From Candidatus Kaiserbacteria bacterium RIFCSPLOWO2_01_FULL_54_20 (GTDB taxonomy: Bacteria > Patescibacteriota > Minisyncoccia > Phycocordibacterales > UBA2100): DNA of 36,881 nt. The translations under genes and the position numbers were made by a program. Of the stretch, positions 9,977 through 19,622 are shown piece by piece. The notes under the pieces are model-generated. The model saw only the letters and a program-made list of their open reading frames with translations. It had not been told where the DNA came from and did no database searches. How positions within the stretch are numbered: position 1 is the stretch's first letter; every line of letters begins with the position of its first letter. The DNA is taken from assembly GCA_001783355.1 (NCBI GenBank), contig MFMA01000027.1:12000-48880 (forward strand). The letters run 5' to 3'.

Positions 9977-11403
9977 AGGTCTTCCTCATTGGGATCGGGA
10001 GCTTGTTTACCGAGCATATACGCGCGGCAGAGCGGTTAGCGAAAGACCACCAGGTCCTCTATTGGGTACGCCTCGAGGATGTCGTTCCCATGGACACCGC
10101 AAAGTTCCCGGGCACGGTCTTTCACGATTATCGGAATGCGCTTAAAAACATTCCGCCCAAAGAGATGCGAGCGTCCGATTTCGCTCCATGGGGCGCAAAG
10201 GAGATCGCACAGTATTTCGAGACCGAGTCGGAGCTCATGAGCATGATGGACAAATGGTATCCGGATTGGCCGGTCTTGAAGCGAAAAGATTTTTTCTACG
10301 ACCTCTTAAGTTACTGGGGAAGCGTGTTGGATACATATTCTCCGGACGCTATTATCTTTCACGCGCCACCGCACGAGATGTTTAGTTACGTGCTCTACGC
10401 AATAGCTCAGGCAAGAGGCATACGGACACCCATGTTCGACTGTATCCTCGGGCATGACCGCGTGATCTTATATGCCGACTATAAGAAGGGAAATAACACA
10501 CTAGCACGAAAGGCTAAAGCAGAGTTTAAAGACGGATCGGGGTCTCTAAATGACCTTGCGCTTGACTTGCGAGAGTACTACCGGAAAGTCTCCGCATCTC
10601 CAGACCCAACTCCTCCATATGTCGAAGAGTGGAAACTTCAGGCACTCGGATGGGGGAAACTCCGCCGCCGCGCAAAAGCGCTTTTGCCGTTCATTAAAGA
10701 TGGAACGATATTCGAGAGGGCAGCCATGCGATTTTTCAAGTTGCTGAAACCGGGTATTCTTGATGAACAAAAGAAATACGAAAAGTCCGCCGACCTATCG
10801 AAACCGTATGTCTACGCGCCGCTTCATTACCAGCCCGAATGCACGACGAGTCCGCAGGGAGGCATCTTCGTCGACCAGATCCTGATGATAAAGATGCTCG
10901 CGGCGGCCTTGCCGCAGGGCTGGGAGCTGTATGTCAAAGAACATCCGGCTCAACAGCAGGCTCACGGCAACGAATTCACTCCGTATCGGTATCGCGGCTT
11001 CTTCCGTAGCATTGCGGAGCTTCCGAACGTGCGTCTCGTGCCTTCTAGCACGAACACGTTCGAGCTCACCAGATCGTCCAGGGCCGTCGCGACCATCACC
11101 GGCACGGCCGCATGGGAAGCTATTTTGCGCGGCAAGCCGGCGCTCGTCTTCGGGTACCCATGGTTCATGCATGCGCCGGGAATTCTGCGCGTTTCAAGCG
11201 TGAAAGAATGCAAGGAAGCATTCAAGAATATAGAGGGCGGATTTGTGCCCGACGCGAAAATACTTATCAACTACCTTTCCGTCGTCGAGGAAGCGAGTTT
11301 TCGCGGATACACGAGCGGGTACGGCAAGAAGATCGCCGCACTCGATGAAGAGACGGCTATACATGAAATGCACCGCGCACTCGAGGCAGCGCTCGCACAG
11401 TGA
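9973..11403 (+). CDS. Capsule_synth (KpsS-like) putative ulosonic-acid transferase
   Basis: PLHYQPE, YVKEHP and TITGTAAWEAILRGKP motifs typical of KpsS/KpsC-type GT-B domains. Confidence 0.7.
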   Translation: MKVFLIGIGSLFTEHIRAAERLAKDHQVLYWVRLEDVVPMDTAKFPGTVFHDYRNALKNIPPKEMRASDFAPWGAKEIAQYFETESELMSMMDKWYPDWPVLKRKDFFYDLLSYWGSVLDTYSPDAIIFHAPPHEMFSYVLYAIAQARGIRTPMFDCILGHDRVILYADYKKGNNTLARKAKAEFKDGSGSLNDLALDLREYYRKVSASPDPTPPYVEEWKLQALGWGKLRRRAKALLPFIKDGTIFERAAMRFFKLLKPGILDEQKKYEKSADLSKPYVYAPLHYQPECTTSPQGGIFVDQILMIKMLAAALPQGWELYVKEHPAQQQAHGNEFTPYRYRGFFRSIAELPNVRLVPSSTNTFELTRSSRAVATITGTAAWEAILRGKPALVFGYPWFMHAPGILRVSSVKECKEAFKNIEGGFVPDAKILINYLSVVEEASFRGYTSGYGKKIAALDEETAIHEMHRALEAALAQ

Positions 11404-12713
11404 TCAAAGTTAGAAAAGGTTTCAACATGAACAGGATGCTAAAAATACTGAACGACCTTACACCCCTGAACAGGGTTTTTTGTTCAAGTGATTATGATAA
11501 GGCTATCGAATACCTTAAAGACATACTGCCATTTAAGGTCATTAGTTATAACGCGGCAGACGAACTTAATGGCTGGGTAATTCCACCAAAATGGGATATT
11601 AAGGAAGCAAAAATCTTAAAGAACGGCAAAGTGCTCTATGACGGTCTTGCACATCCACTTCGTGTAATTTCATTATCAAAGAGCTTTGAGGGCGAAGTCG
11701 ATTCAGAAGAACTCAAACAACATCTTCACTACGATAGCAGAGATAGCAACTCGATTCCCTACCACTTTAGGCAACAATATAGGAGTTGGGATAGGGATTG
11801 GGGTTTTTGTGTCACGAAGAATTTCTTCGATACACTTGAACATGGAAAATATAAAGTGATCATAGAAACAGAAGAATCAGACGGAATCCTTAAAGTTTTA
11901 GATTACACCCATACAGGTTTATTGGAAGAAACGTTTGCATTTGTTGCCCACCTTGACCATCCCGGGATGGCAAATGATGATTTGGCAGGGTGCGCGGTCG
12001 GGGTGGAGCTTTTAAAAAGGCTTTCTAAAAAAAGAACCAAATATTCATATAAACTGCTGTTGGTACAGGAGATAATAGGTTCGGAACACTATTGGGGGAG
12101 GACAAATGCTGGAAATAAGGAAAAAATACTCGAATCCGTTTTCCTCGAAATGTTGGGAACAAAAACGCAATTAGCCTTGCAAGAATCTCTGGGCGCTACA
12201 TCAAACGTAGAACAAGCAATATCAAAAGCAATGGATGTTTCCGGAATATCGTACCGTAGAGGCCCATTCAATAGCATTATTGGTAACGACGAATATATTT
12301 GGGAGGCATATGGGGTACCTATGGCGAGTTTGTCAAGATTCCCCTATCCAGAGTATCACTCAGATCGTGATAATTTTTCTATAATGTCCGAGACAGCTCT
12401 CAATGAAGCGGTGAATGTATTATTGAAAGCTATTGAATACCTCGAATCGTCCACGCTCATTTTTAAGAAATTTCAGGGAAACATATGTTTATCTAATCCC
12501 AAATATGATCTTTATATTGATACGGAACAACCTGCATTTGGGAATATGGCATCTGAGAACGTACAAAAAATGAGGTTACTAGCGGATTTGATCCCAACAT
12601 TGCACCAGCCAACGACTGTCAAAGTTCTTTCTGGCAGAGTGGGGTTACCAGAGATCGATGTTATGACATATTTACAAAAGTGGGTTGAAAAAGGATTAAT
12701 TGAACTTAAATAG
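11400..12713 (+). CDS. DUF4910/DUF2172 family peptidase-M28-like protein with C-terminal winged helix
   Basis: GWVIPPKW, IPY...Y...WGFC, AHLDHPGMANDDLAG, DE motif, FPYPEYHSDRD. Start is GTG 11400 (GTGA overlap) or ATG 11427. Lower GC than flanks. Confidence 0.75.
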   Translation: MIKVRKGFNMNRMLKILNDLTPLNRVFCSSDYDKAIEYLKDILPFKVISYNAADELNGWVIPPKWDIKEAKILKNGKVLYDGLAHPLRVISLSKSFEGEVDSEELKQHLHYDSRDSNSIPYHFRQQYRSWDRDWGFCVTKNFFDTLEHGKYKVIIETEESDGILKVLDYTHTGLLEETFAFVAHLDHPGMANDDLAGCAVGVELLKRLSKKRTKYSYKLLLVQEIIGSEHYWGRTNAGNKEKILESVFLEMLGTKTQLALQESLGATSNVEQAISKAMDVSGISYRRGPFNSIIGNDEYIWEAYGVPMASLSRFPYPEYHSDRDNFSIMSETALNEAVNVLLKAIEYLESSTLIFKKFQGNICLSNPKYDLYIDTEQPAFGNMASENVQKMRLLADLIPTLHQPTTVKVLSGRVGLPEIDVMTYLQKWVEKGLIELK

Positions 12714-12817
12714 AATAGGAAAATCATTTTCTCCAATGGGGGTAAAGCTTGCTGTCGCACTGGATGGCTGCGCGTCGCAGGCAGGCGTATTCTGATGAAA
12801 TATTGTAGAATACGGCC

Positions 12818-13363
12818 ATGGAAATAAAACCGTTCATTGAGGGGAACCTTATTGACCTTCGACCTCTTTCGGAGGAAGACGTGAACCAGAATTATGTTGA
12901 CTGGCTGAATGACGCCGAGGTGTGCAGGTACAATTCGCATCACGTTTTCCCCTATACGTTAGAGCTTGCGAAGAGATATGTTGCCGAAATGCAGACAAGC
13001 AAATCGGATGTCGCTCTGGCGATAGTTGCCAAAGACAGCGGAAGGCACATCGGCAACATTGCTCTTGAGAATATTAATCCGATAAGCCGATGGGCGGAGA
13101 TCGCAATTATCATTGGTGAGAAGAAGGCCTGGGGGAAAGGGTATGGAACCGAGGCAATGCGACTCATGCTGCGACACGGATTCATGGAGCTAAATTTACA
13201 TCGCATTTGGATGGGAACCTTGTCGGATAACATCGGCATGCAGAAAATAGCAATTGCCCTTGGGTTCACCGAAGAGGGGCGCTCGCGCAAAGAAGAGTTC
13301 AAAGATGGTACATTCCATGACGTGATCCGTTATGGAATCTTGCGCGATGAATTTGTGTCTTAG
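12818..13363 (+). CDS. GNAT N-acyltransferase (RimJ/RimL type; candidate PseH-like)
   Basis: WLNDAEV, HIGNI, AWGKGYGTEA acetyl-CoA motif, LGFTEEG; immediately upstream of pseB. Confidence 0.8.
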   Translation: MEIKPFIEGNLIDLRPLSEEDVNQNYVDWLNDAEVCRYNSHHVFPYTLELAKRYVAEMQTSKSDVALAIVAKDSGRHIGNIALENINPISRWAEIAIIIGEKKAWGKGYGTEAMRLMLRHGFMELNLHRIWMGTLSDNIGMQKIAIALGFTEEGRSRKEEFKDGTFHDVIRYGILRDEFVS

Positions 13364-13420
13364 AGGAGGTCACGTTTTTCTTTGAATAAGTCGAGCTTTT
13401 GTGCTATACCGAACGGCAAT

Positions 13421-14428
13421 ATGGCTCGTCGCTCGCCCAGTAAAAGCCTCACCGTGGGGACCTTTCTGAAAGGGAAAACGATCCTTATTACGGGTGGTAC
13501 AGGTACCTTCGGGCATGCTCTCGTCGCTCGCTTGCTCATAGAGAAGGCAGTCAGGAAAATCATCATTCTAAGCAGGGATGAACTCAAACAAAGTCAGCTA
13601 CAGCATCTGTATCCAAACGAGTCGCGTCTGCGATACTTCTTGGGAGATGTGCGCGATAAGGAGCGCCTGATGCGTGCGTTTCGAGGTGTTGATATAGTCG
13701 TTCACGCGGCGGCGCTCAAGCAAGTGCCTGCGACAGAGTACAATCCGTTTGAAGCCGTTAAGACGAATATAGTTGGAACGCAAAATGTCATAGATGCAGC
13801 CATTGACCAGAAAGTACTAAAGGTTCTATTAGTGTCTTCGGATAAAGCGGTGGAACCTATCAATCTCTATGGCGCGACAAAGATGTGCGCGGAAAAGCTC
13901 TGTGTGGCGGCGAATGTGTACGGAGCAGGGTCTACCGCGCTCAGCGTCATTCGCTATGGCAATGTGATAGGCAGTCGCGGCAGCCTCGTTGAACTTATTG
14001 AAAAGCAGCGCGCGGGCGGGGTTATTACTATCACTGATGGCCGAATGACGCGATTTTGGATAAATATTCATCAGGTTATGGACATTGTTCTCGAGTGCCT
14101 TGATGTCATGAAAGGAGGCGAGATTTTTGTTCCAAAGATGAAAAGTGCCCCGGTGCGGGACGTCATGGAGCTTATCGCTCCCGACTGCAAGATAAAAACA
14201 ATCGGCATCAGGCCGGGAGAGAAGATACACGAAATGCTTATTACGCAATATGAGTGCGGGCGTACGCATGAGCTCGCGCATATGTATGTTATCCGTCCGG
14301 AATTCGGCGCGTATGACCCAGCATGGCTTGCACGAACGCCGGCCATTCCAAAGGATTTCTCGTATGGAAGCGGGAACAAAGATTTCAAGCTGACTGAGGC
14401 AGAAGCGAAGACACTTTTTAAGAGATAG
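13421..14428 (+). CDS. pseB: UDP-N-acetylglucosamine 4,6-dehydratase (inverting)
   Basis: ITGGTGTFG, SRDELKQ, HAAALKQVPATEYNPFEAVKTN, SSDKA, YGATK, RYGNVIGSRGS, MTRFWI, GIRPGEKIHE. ATG 13421 is more likely than TTG 13382. Confidence 0.92.
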   Translation: MARRSPSKSLTVGTFLKGKTILITGGTGTFGHALVARLLIEKAVRKIIILSRDELKQSQLQHLYPNESRLRYFLGDVRDKERLMRAFRGVDIVVHAAALKQVPATEYNPFEAVKTNIVGTQNVIDAAIDQKVLKVLLVSSDKAVEPINLYGATKMCAEKLCVAANVYGAGSTALSVIRYGNVIGSRGSLVELIEKQRAGGVITITDGRMTRFWINIHQVMDIVLECLDVMKGGEIFVPKMKSAPVRDVMELIAPDCKIKTIGIRPGEKIHEMLITQYECGRTHELAHMYVIRPEFGAYDPAWLARTPAIPKDFSYGSGNKDFKLTEAEAKTLFKR

Positions 14429-14431
14429 GCT

Positions 14432-15463
14432 ATGGCGCGGCGGTCTCTACCGGGGAAGAAATCGAAATATGGCGTTGCGATAGTCGGTTGCGGGAAGATA
14501 GGGGCTCTTTTTGAAACGGATGCCCGTCGGGAGAAGCCGGCCAGTCATGCCGGTGCCGTCGCCAAGAATCCTAAGACCGAACTCGCGGCGCTCGTGGACA
14601 CAAACCCCAGGAATCTTGCAACCGCGGGAAAAATGTTCCCGCGCGCGGCGCGCTACGTGTCCCTTACTGCGTGCCTCGCGGGTGAGCGACCGGACATTGT
14701 CGTCATTGCCACGCCGCCTTTGGGGCGCGTCTCCATCGCGGCGGCGTGCGTGAAGGCCAAGGTGAACATGATCGTATGCGAAAAGCCGCTTGCGGCGAAC
14801 GTGCGGGAAGGGCGCATGATCGCGCACCTGCTCGCAGGTTCGCACACGACGTTCGTACTCAACTACCAGCGGCGCTTCTCGCCCCTTTTCAAGCGTGTGC
14901 GGGCGGATATCAAGCGGGGCGCGATCGGCCATCTCGAGCAGGTAACCTGCTTCTACTCCAACGGGCTCTTCAACAACGGCGGACACATCGTTGATGCGCT
15001 CCGGTACCTGATCGCGGACAAGATCGTTGCCGTTCAGGCGCTCCGCAATGCAAAGAACACAACGCATCCCGTCGGCGACATGAACGTCGACGCGCTCCTC
15101 ACGACGACAGGCGGTGTTACGATCGCACTTCAAAGCTTCGATCAACATGCGTATGCGATACATGACATCCATATCATGGGAAAGAAAGGCGCGATCACGC
15201 TCACGGATTTCGGCCAGCGCGGCATGTGGCGGTCCGTCGGCCACTCGAAATTCGCCGGTATACGCGCATTGTCTGTACGACGGGGGAGAGAGCGGAGGGT
15301 GCCTTTGAGCGCGACGCGTGATGCACTTCTGCACGTCATCCGGTGTTTCGAGCGCAACGTTCGGCCGGAGAGTGGGGTCGAAAGCGGCATCGCCGTCTTG
15401 CGCGTGCTCGAAGCCCTGAAGAAAAGCGCGAACGCGGGCGGAAAAAAAATCCGGGTACAATAA
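14432..15463 (+). CDS. Gfo/Idh/MocA-family oxidoreductase
   Basis: AIVGCGKIG Rossmann motif, IATPP, CEKPLA, NYQRRF, NNGGHIVD. Confidence 0.88.
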   Translation: MARRSLPGKKSKYGVAIVGCGKIGALFETDARREKPASHAGAVAKNPKTELAALVDTNPRNLATAGKMFPRAARYVSLTACLAGERPDIVVIATPPLGRVSIAAACVKAKVNMIVCEKPLAANVREGRMIAHLLAGSHTTFVLNYQRRFSPLFKRVRADIKRGAIGHLEQVTCFYSNGLFNNGGHIVDALRYLIADKIVAVQALRNAKNTTHPVGDMNVDALLTTTGGVTIALQSFDQHAYAIHDIHIMGKKGAITLTDFGQRGMWRSVGHSKFAGIRALSVRRGRERRVPLSATRDALLHVIRCFERNVRPESGVESGIAVLRVLEALKKSANAGGKKIRVQ

Positions 15464-15467
15464 CGGT

Positions 15468-16769
15468 ATGAAGAGAAAAAAGGCGCACACCTCGGAGTCG
15501 AAGCTTGCGCTCCGCGGGGGTACGCCGGTCCTCAAGCAGCCGTATCCACCCGTCTACACGGTAGGGAAGCGGGAGATCGTAGAGGCCATTAAGGTTCTGA
15601 AGGAGGGGCCGCTCTCCGATTTCCTCGGTGTTGCAGGAGAATATTTTTTGGGGGGGAAACGCGTGCGTTCGCTGGAACATGCGTTCACGAAAAAATTCAA
15701 GGTGAAGCACGCAGTCTCATTCAACTCCGCGACGACGGCGCTCCACGGCGCGATAGTCACGCTCGGCATCGGGCCGGGGGACGAAGTCATTCTGCCTCCG
15801 TACACGATGTCGGCGTCGGCAATGGCGGTCCTCATGAACGGGGCCGTGCCTGTCTTTGCGGACATTGACGAGATGACCTTCTGCATCGATGTCGAGTCTG
15901 CTCGTACACGCATCACCAAACATACGAAAGCTATTATGGCGGTGAACTTGTTCGGCCAAGCGGCCGACTTTGAACCGCTCCTTGCGCTCGCGAGAGAGCA
16001 CAACATCAAGATCATCGAGGACAACGCGCAGGCACCCGCCGCGAAATGGCGCGGAAGGTACACGGGAACCATCGGGGATATCGGCGTATTTAGTTTCAAT
16101 TTTCACAAGACTATGCAATCGGGCGAGGGTGGAGTGCTTGTAACGAACAACGACGGCTACGCCCTTCGCGCACAACTGTGCCGCAATCATGGGGAGTCGG
16201 TCGTCGACGGCATGTCCGCGTACGACGGCGGGCCCGTTTTCGGAAGTAATTACCGGATGACGGAACTGACTGCCGCGATAGCGGAAGTACAGCTGTCCCG
16301 TCTTGATTTTCTCAATGCAAAGAATCAGGCGCTCGTGCGGTATCTATCAAAACAACTCTCCGCAATTCCGGGACTCACACTTCCGTATGTGGCATCCGGA
16401 AACAAGCACGTCTATTTTGCGTACGTCATAAAAGTGGATGAAAAGAAGCTGGGCATTTCGCGCGACCGTCTCGTAGAGGCGATGCGGGCGGAAGGATTTC
16501 CGATGTCGCGCGGCTATCAGAAGCCGCTCTATCTGTACAAGCTGTTTCAGGAGCAGCAGGCATTCAACAATACGCATTTTCCTTTCAAGAGCGAGGGGTA
16601 CGACGGCGCTCCGGATTACTCAAAAGGCATCTGTCCCGTTGCCGAGCGACTGTATGAAAAAGAATTAACAATGACGCAGATCTGTCAACATCCGCGGACG
16701 AAGAAACACATCGATCTCTTTGTGCAGGCGCTTAAAAAAGTGCTCGCGCATAAAAACGAACTGCAATGA
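15468..16769 (+). CDS. DegT/DnrJ/EryC1/StrS PLP-dependent sugar aminotransferase
   Basis: NSATTALH, IIEDNAQA, FSFNFHKTMQSGEGG (PLP lysine), NYRMTE. Confidence 0.92.
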   Translation: MKRKKAHTSESKLALRGGTPVLKQPYPPVYTVGKREIVEAIKVLKEGPLSDFLGVAGEYFLGGKRVRSLEHAFTKKFKVKHAVSFNSATTALHGAIVTLGIGPGDEVILPPYTMSASAMAVLMNGAVPVFADIDEMTFCIDVESARTRITKHTKAIMAVNLFGQAADFEPLLALAREHNIKIIEDNAQAPAAKWRGRYTGTIGDIGVFSFNFHKTMQSGEGGVLVTNNDGYALRAQLCRNHGESVVDGMSAYDGGPVFGSNYRMTELTAAIAEVQLSRLDFLNAKNQALVRYLSKQLSAIPGLTLPYVASGNKHVYFAYVIKVDEKKLGISRDRLVEAMRAEGFPMSRGYQKPLYLYKLFQEQQAFNNTHFPFKSEGYDGAPDYSKGICPVAERLYEKELTMTQICQHPRTKKHIDLFVQALKKVLAHKNELQ

Positions 16770-16830
16770 ATCCCGCTCGTTCAGTCCGGTCGGTATGCAT
16801 CGCTGCTATTACCAACGTAAAAAGGGCGGG

Positions 16831-17823
16831 ATGAAAGTCCTTTTCAGTGCCAACGATGCGGGCGGCGCGAATGCAATTGCGCCCGTTATTGCCTCTCTCG
16901 CTGGAAAAGGCGCAGAGCTCCACGGAGCGCTGAGCGGTCCGGCGCAAGATATTTTTGCCGCATCCGGCATACCGTTTACCGCCGGATTCTCCGCTTCGCC
17001 AGAGATATTTGTCGCCGGAACGAGCGCGGGGGACACGCCCGATAAGCGCATCATGCGCGAGCTTACGGGGACGCCGAGCCTGTACGTGCTTGATTTCTGG
17101 CTTAATTACTGGCAGAGATTTTCAACAACAGGAAAAAAAGATTTTGCGTACCTTCCGACACGCATCTGTGTGATGGATGAGATTGCAAAAGGGGAAATGA
17201 TTGCTGAAGGGTTCCCACCAGAGCGGCTCATTGTTACAGGCAATCCGCATTTCGATCACTTTGCCGATGCAATCGAGCGCGCAGACGAAGAGGCCGGGCG
17301 AATATTGTTCATTTCACAGCCGCTCCGCGATATCGCTCGCATGCAGGGGTATTCGGGCGCCGCGTACGATGAGTACGCGTCGCTCAGTGACGTCGTGCAA
17401 GCGCTCGAATCAGTGCCGGAACAATTCTACGTATCGATACGTTTGCATCCGAAAGAGTCGGACGAAAAGTACGCAGCATACATAGGGTCGCGCGTGCGCT
17501 GGGCTCCGGAATCCACCATTGAGGGGGCCATTTCGAGATCGGGACTCGTCGTCGGCATGTCGTCTCCGGTATTGATGCAGGCCGCGGCGGCCGGCAAACG
17601 CGTAGTAAGTTACGAGCCGGGGCTTGCGGGTGCCGACAGCTTGGTGAGCAACCGTTGCGGCGTGACGCGGCGATTGGACACTCCCGCCGGGCTTGCGGCG
17701 GAATTCAGCGACTATGCCGCCGGCAAGCCGTCGCCCACCACGGAAGACTTCAGGAAATTCTGGCCGCAGGGAGCTACGGAGCGCGTAGTTGCCGAAGTGT
17801 ATGCACTTGCGGTGAAAAAGTGA
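16831..17823 (+). CDS. GT-B fold protein of unknown activity (TagF/UDP-GlcNAc 2-epimerase-like)
   Basis: Start revised to ATG 16831 (MKVLFSANDAGGANA). RLIVTGNPHFD, ILFISQP, IRLHPKE and GMSS motifs. Confidence 0.55.
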   Translation: MKVLFSANDAGGANAIAPVIASLAGKGAELHGALSGPAQDIFAASGIPFTAGFSASPEIFVAGTSAGDTPDKRIMRELTGTPSLYVLDFWLNYWQRFSTTGKKDFAYLPTRICVMDEIAKGEMIAEGFPPERLIVTGNPHFDHFADAIERADEEAGRILFISQPLRDIARMQGYSGAAYDEYASLSDVVQALESVPEQFYVSIRLHPKESDEKYAAYIGSRVRWAPESTIEGAISRSGLVVGMSSPVLMQAAAAGKRVVSYEPGLAGADSLVSNRCGVTRRLDTPAGLAAEFSDYAAGKPSPTTEDFRKFWPQGATERVVAEVYALAVKK

Positions 17824-17836
17824 TACAAGTTACCCT

Positions 17837-18982
17837 ATGAAGACGATTCCTTATTCAACACAAGACATCAATGAGGCCGACATCAGGGCGGTGACGCGCG
17901 TTCTGCGTTCGCGCTGGCTCACTCAGGGACCCGCAGTTGAACGCTTCGAGAATGCGGTCGCGAAGAAAGTCGGTGCGAAGTTTGCGGTCGCGTTTAATTC
18001 CGGAACCGCGGCGCTTCACGCAGCCTACTTTGCTGCAGGGGTAAAGCAGGGAAATGAGGTAATCGTACCCGCTCTCACGTTTGCGGCCACGGCAAATGCC
18101 GCGCTCTATCTTGGCGCCACTCCCGTCTTCGCGGACTCTGATATGCATACGGGGAATATGAGCGTCGCCGACGCGTGCAAAAAGATAACCAACAGAACAA
18201 AAGCGATTGTGCCGGTGGATTACGGCGGCAGGCCGGCAGATTTGCGCGAGTTCCGTGCGCTTGCAAAGAAGCACAAGCTGGTCCTTATTGAAGATGCCGC
18301 GCAGGCGCTCGGCGCCACGTACCGGGGAAAGCCAGTCGGTACGCAGGCCGACATGACCATGTTCAGTTTCCATCCGGTGAAATCAATTACTACCGGAGAG
18401 GGCGGTGCCATCGTGACCGATAACAAGAAGTACAAAGATCTACTGAAGCTGTTTCGCAGCCATGGAATCAGCAAGGATGCGGGCACGTTCATCGTAAAGA
18501 GGGGACGCGGTGCGTGGTATCAGGAGATGCAGGTGCTTGGATTCAATTACCGCATGCAGGAAATGTCCGCCGCTCTCGGGGAAAGTCAGTTGAAGCGCCT
18601 AGATTCTTTTATAGCCAAGCGTTGCATTGCGGCACAGCGCTACGGAAAATTACTCAAGGATATTCCCGGACTTGTCCTGCCTCCTGACGAGCGACCTCAA
18701 GAGCAGTCGGCGTGGCACCTGTATCCGTTACGGCTCATACCCGCCATGGTGCATCGCCGCGACGAAATTCTTGCCAAGCTCCGCACAGCGGGCATCGGCG
18801 CGCAGGTTCATCATGTGCCGGTCCACCTGCATCTGTTTTACGAAAACTTGGGTTATAAAAAGGGACTCTGCCCCGACGCGGAAGCTTTTGTGAATTCAGA
18901 AATATCAATCCCGCTGTTTCCCGCCATAACTGCAAAACAGCAGGTATATATAGCTGAAGCCTTGCGGAAAATAATCGGTTAA
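17837..18982 (+). CDS. pseC: UDP-4-amino-4,6-dideoxy-N-acetyl-beta-L-altrosamine transaminase
   Basis: IPYSTQDINEADI, WLTQGP, FSFHPVKSITTGEGG, RSHGI, WYQEMQVLGFNYR, all characteristic of PseC. Confidence 0.88.
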   Translation: MKTIPYSTQDINEADIRAVTRVLRSRWLTQGPAVERFENAVAKKVGAKFAVAFNSGTAALHAAYFAAGVKQGNEVIVPALTFAATANAALYLGATPVFADSDMHTGNMSVADACKKITNRTKAIVPVDYGGRPADLREFRALAKKHKLVLIEDAAQALGATYRGKPVGTQADMTMFSFHPVKSITTGEGGAIVTDNKKYKDLLKLFRSHGISKDAGTFIVKRGRGAWYQEMQVLGFNYRMQEMSAALGESQLKRLDSFIAKRCIAAQRYGKLLKDIPGLVLPPDERPQEQSAWHLYPLRLIPAMVHRRDEILAKLRTAGIGAQVHHVPVHLHLFYENLGYKKGLCPDAEAFVNSEISIPLFPAITAKQQVYIAEALRKIIG

Positions 18983-18989
18983 GAACAGT

Positions 18990-19601
18990 ATGAAAGCCCC
19001 GGATGCAATCGTCGTACTCTCAGGCGGCATTAAGCAAATCGCTGGCCGCTGGGTGAGTACTGACTTTACCGACCATGATGATAGGCAGGGGGCTCCTGGC
19101 GCTTCACTGAGGGTTGCGGCTGCCACGATACTCAGCAAGCGATATCCTTCGGCTCGGATCATAGCGAGCGGAGGCGCGGGCTATGATGTACCGGAAGACG
19201 CTCCAAAAAATCGTCCGCTCTTGTGCGAAATATTGAAAGCGGAGCTTGTCGCTGCAGACGTCCCCGAGGAACGTATTGAGCTTGAGAACGCATCCAACAC
19301 AACGTATCAACAGCTGCAACAGCTGGAGATTCTTATCCGACACAGATCATTTCGCAGCGTTGCCATTATTTCAAGCCGCTGGCACCTGCCGCGGATCGAG
19401 ACCATGCTCAATGTAAAATTCTCGGCATTACGAGCGAGCGTCGGGCTTGTGTCCGCCGAGGAGATATTGATTGAGGCGGACCCGGCGCGTTGGGGGCCCA
19501 TGATCGCGAAAGCATACGCCAGCGCATTTATGGCAGAAAGAATGGCCAACGAGAATCGGGGCATTTCGCAGATAAAAAATGGCACATATCAATTTCGATA
19601 A
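18990..19601 (+). CDS. YdcF/DUF218 (ElyC/SanA-like) protein
   Basis: DAIVVLSGG, IIASGG, IELENASNTT, SSRWHLPR. Confidence 0.8.
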   Translation: MKAPDAIVVLSGGIKQIAGRWVSTDFTDHDDRQGAPGASLRVAAATILSKRYPSARIIASGGAGYDVPEDAPKNRPLLCEILKAELVAADVPEERIELENASNTTYQQLQQLEILIRHRSFRSVAIISSRWHLPRIETMLNVKFSALRASVGLVSAEEILIEADPARWGPMIAKAYASAFMAERMANENRGISQIKNGTYQFR

Positions 19602-19622
19602 ATCTCAATTACACTTGACTCC

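Noticed and set aside
14447..15535. 362-aa antisense ORF, and similar ones such as 35454-36371 and 20532-21236
   Set aside because: They are shadows of well-supported genes on the opposite strand in GC-rich coding DNA, with no recognisable motifs.
15644..15656. T6-G7 homopolymer as a phase-variation tract
   Set aside because: It is short, the gene is intact, and it encodes an ordinary FLGG segment.
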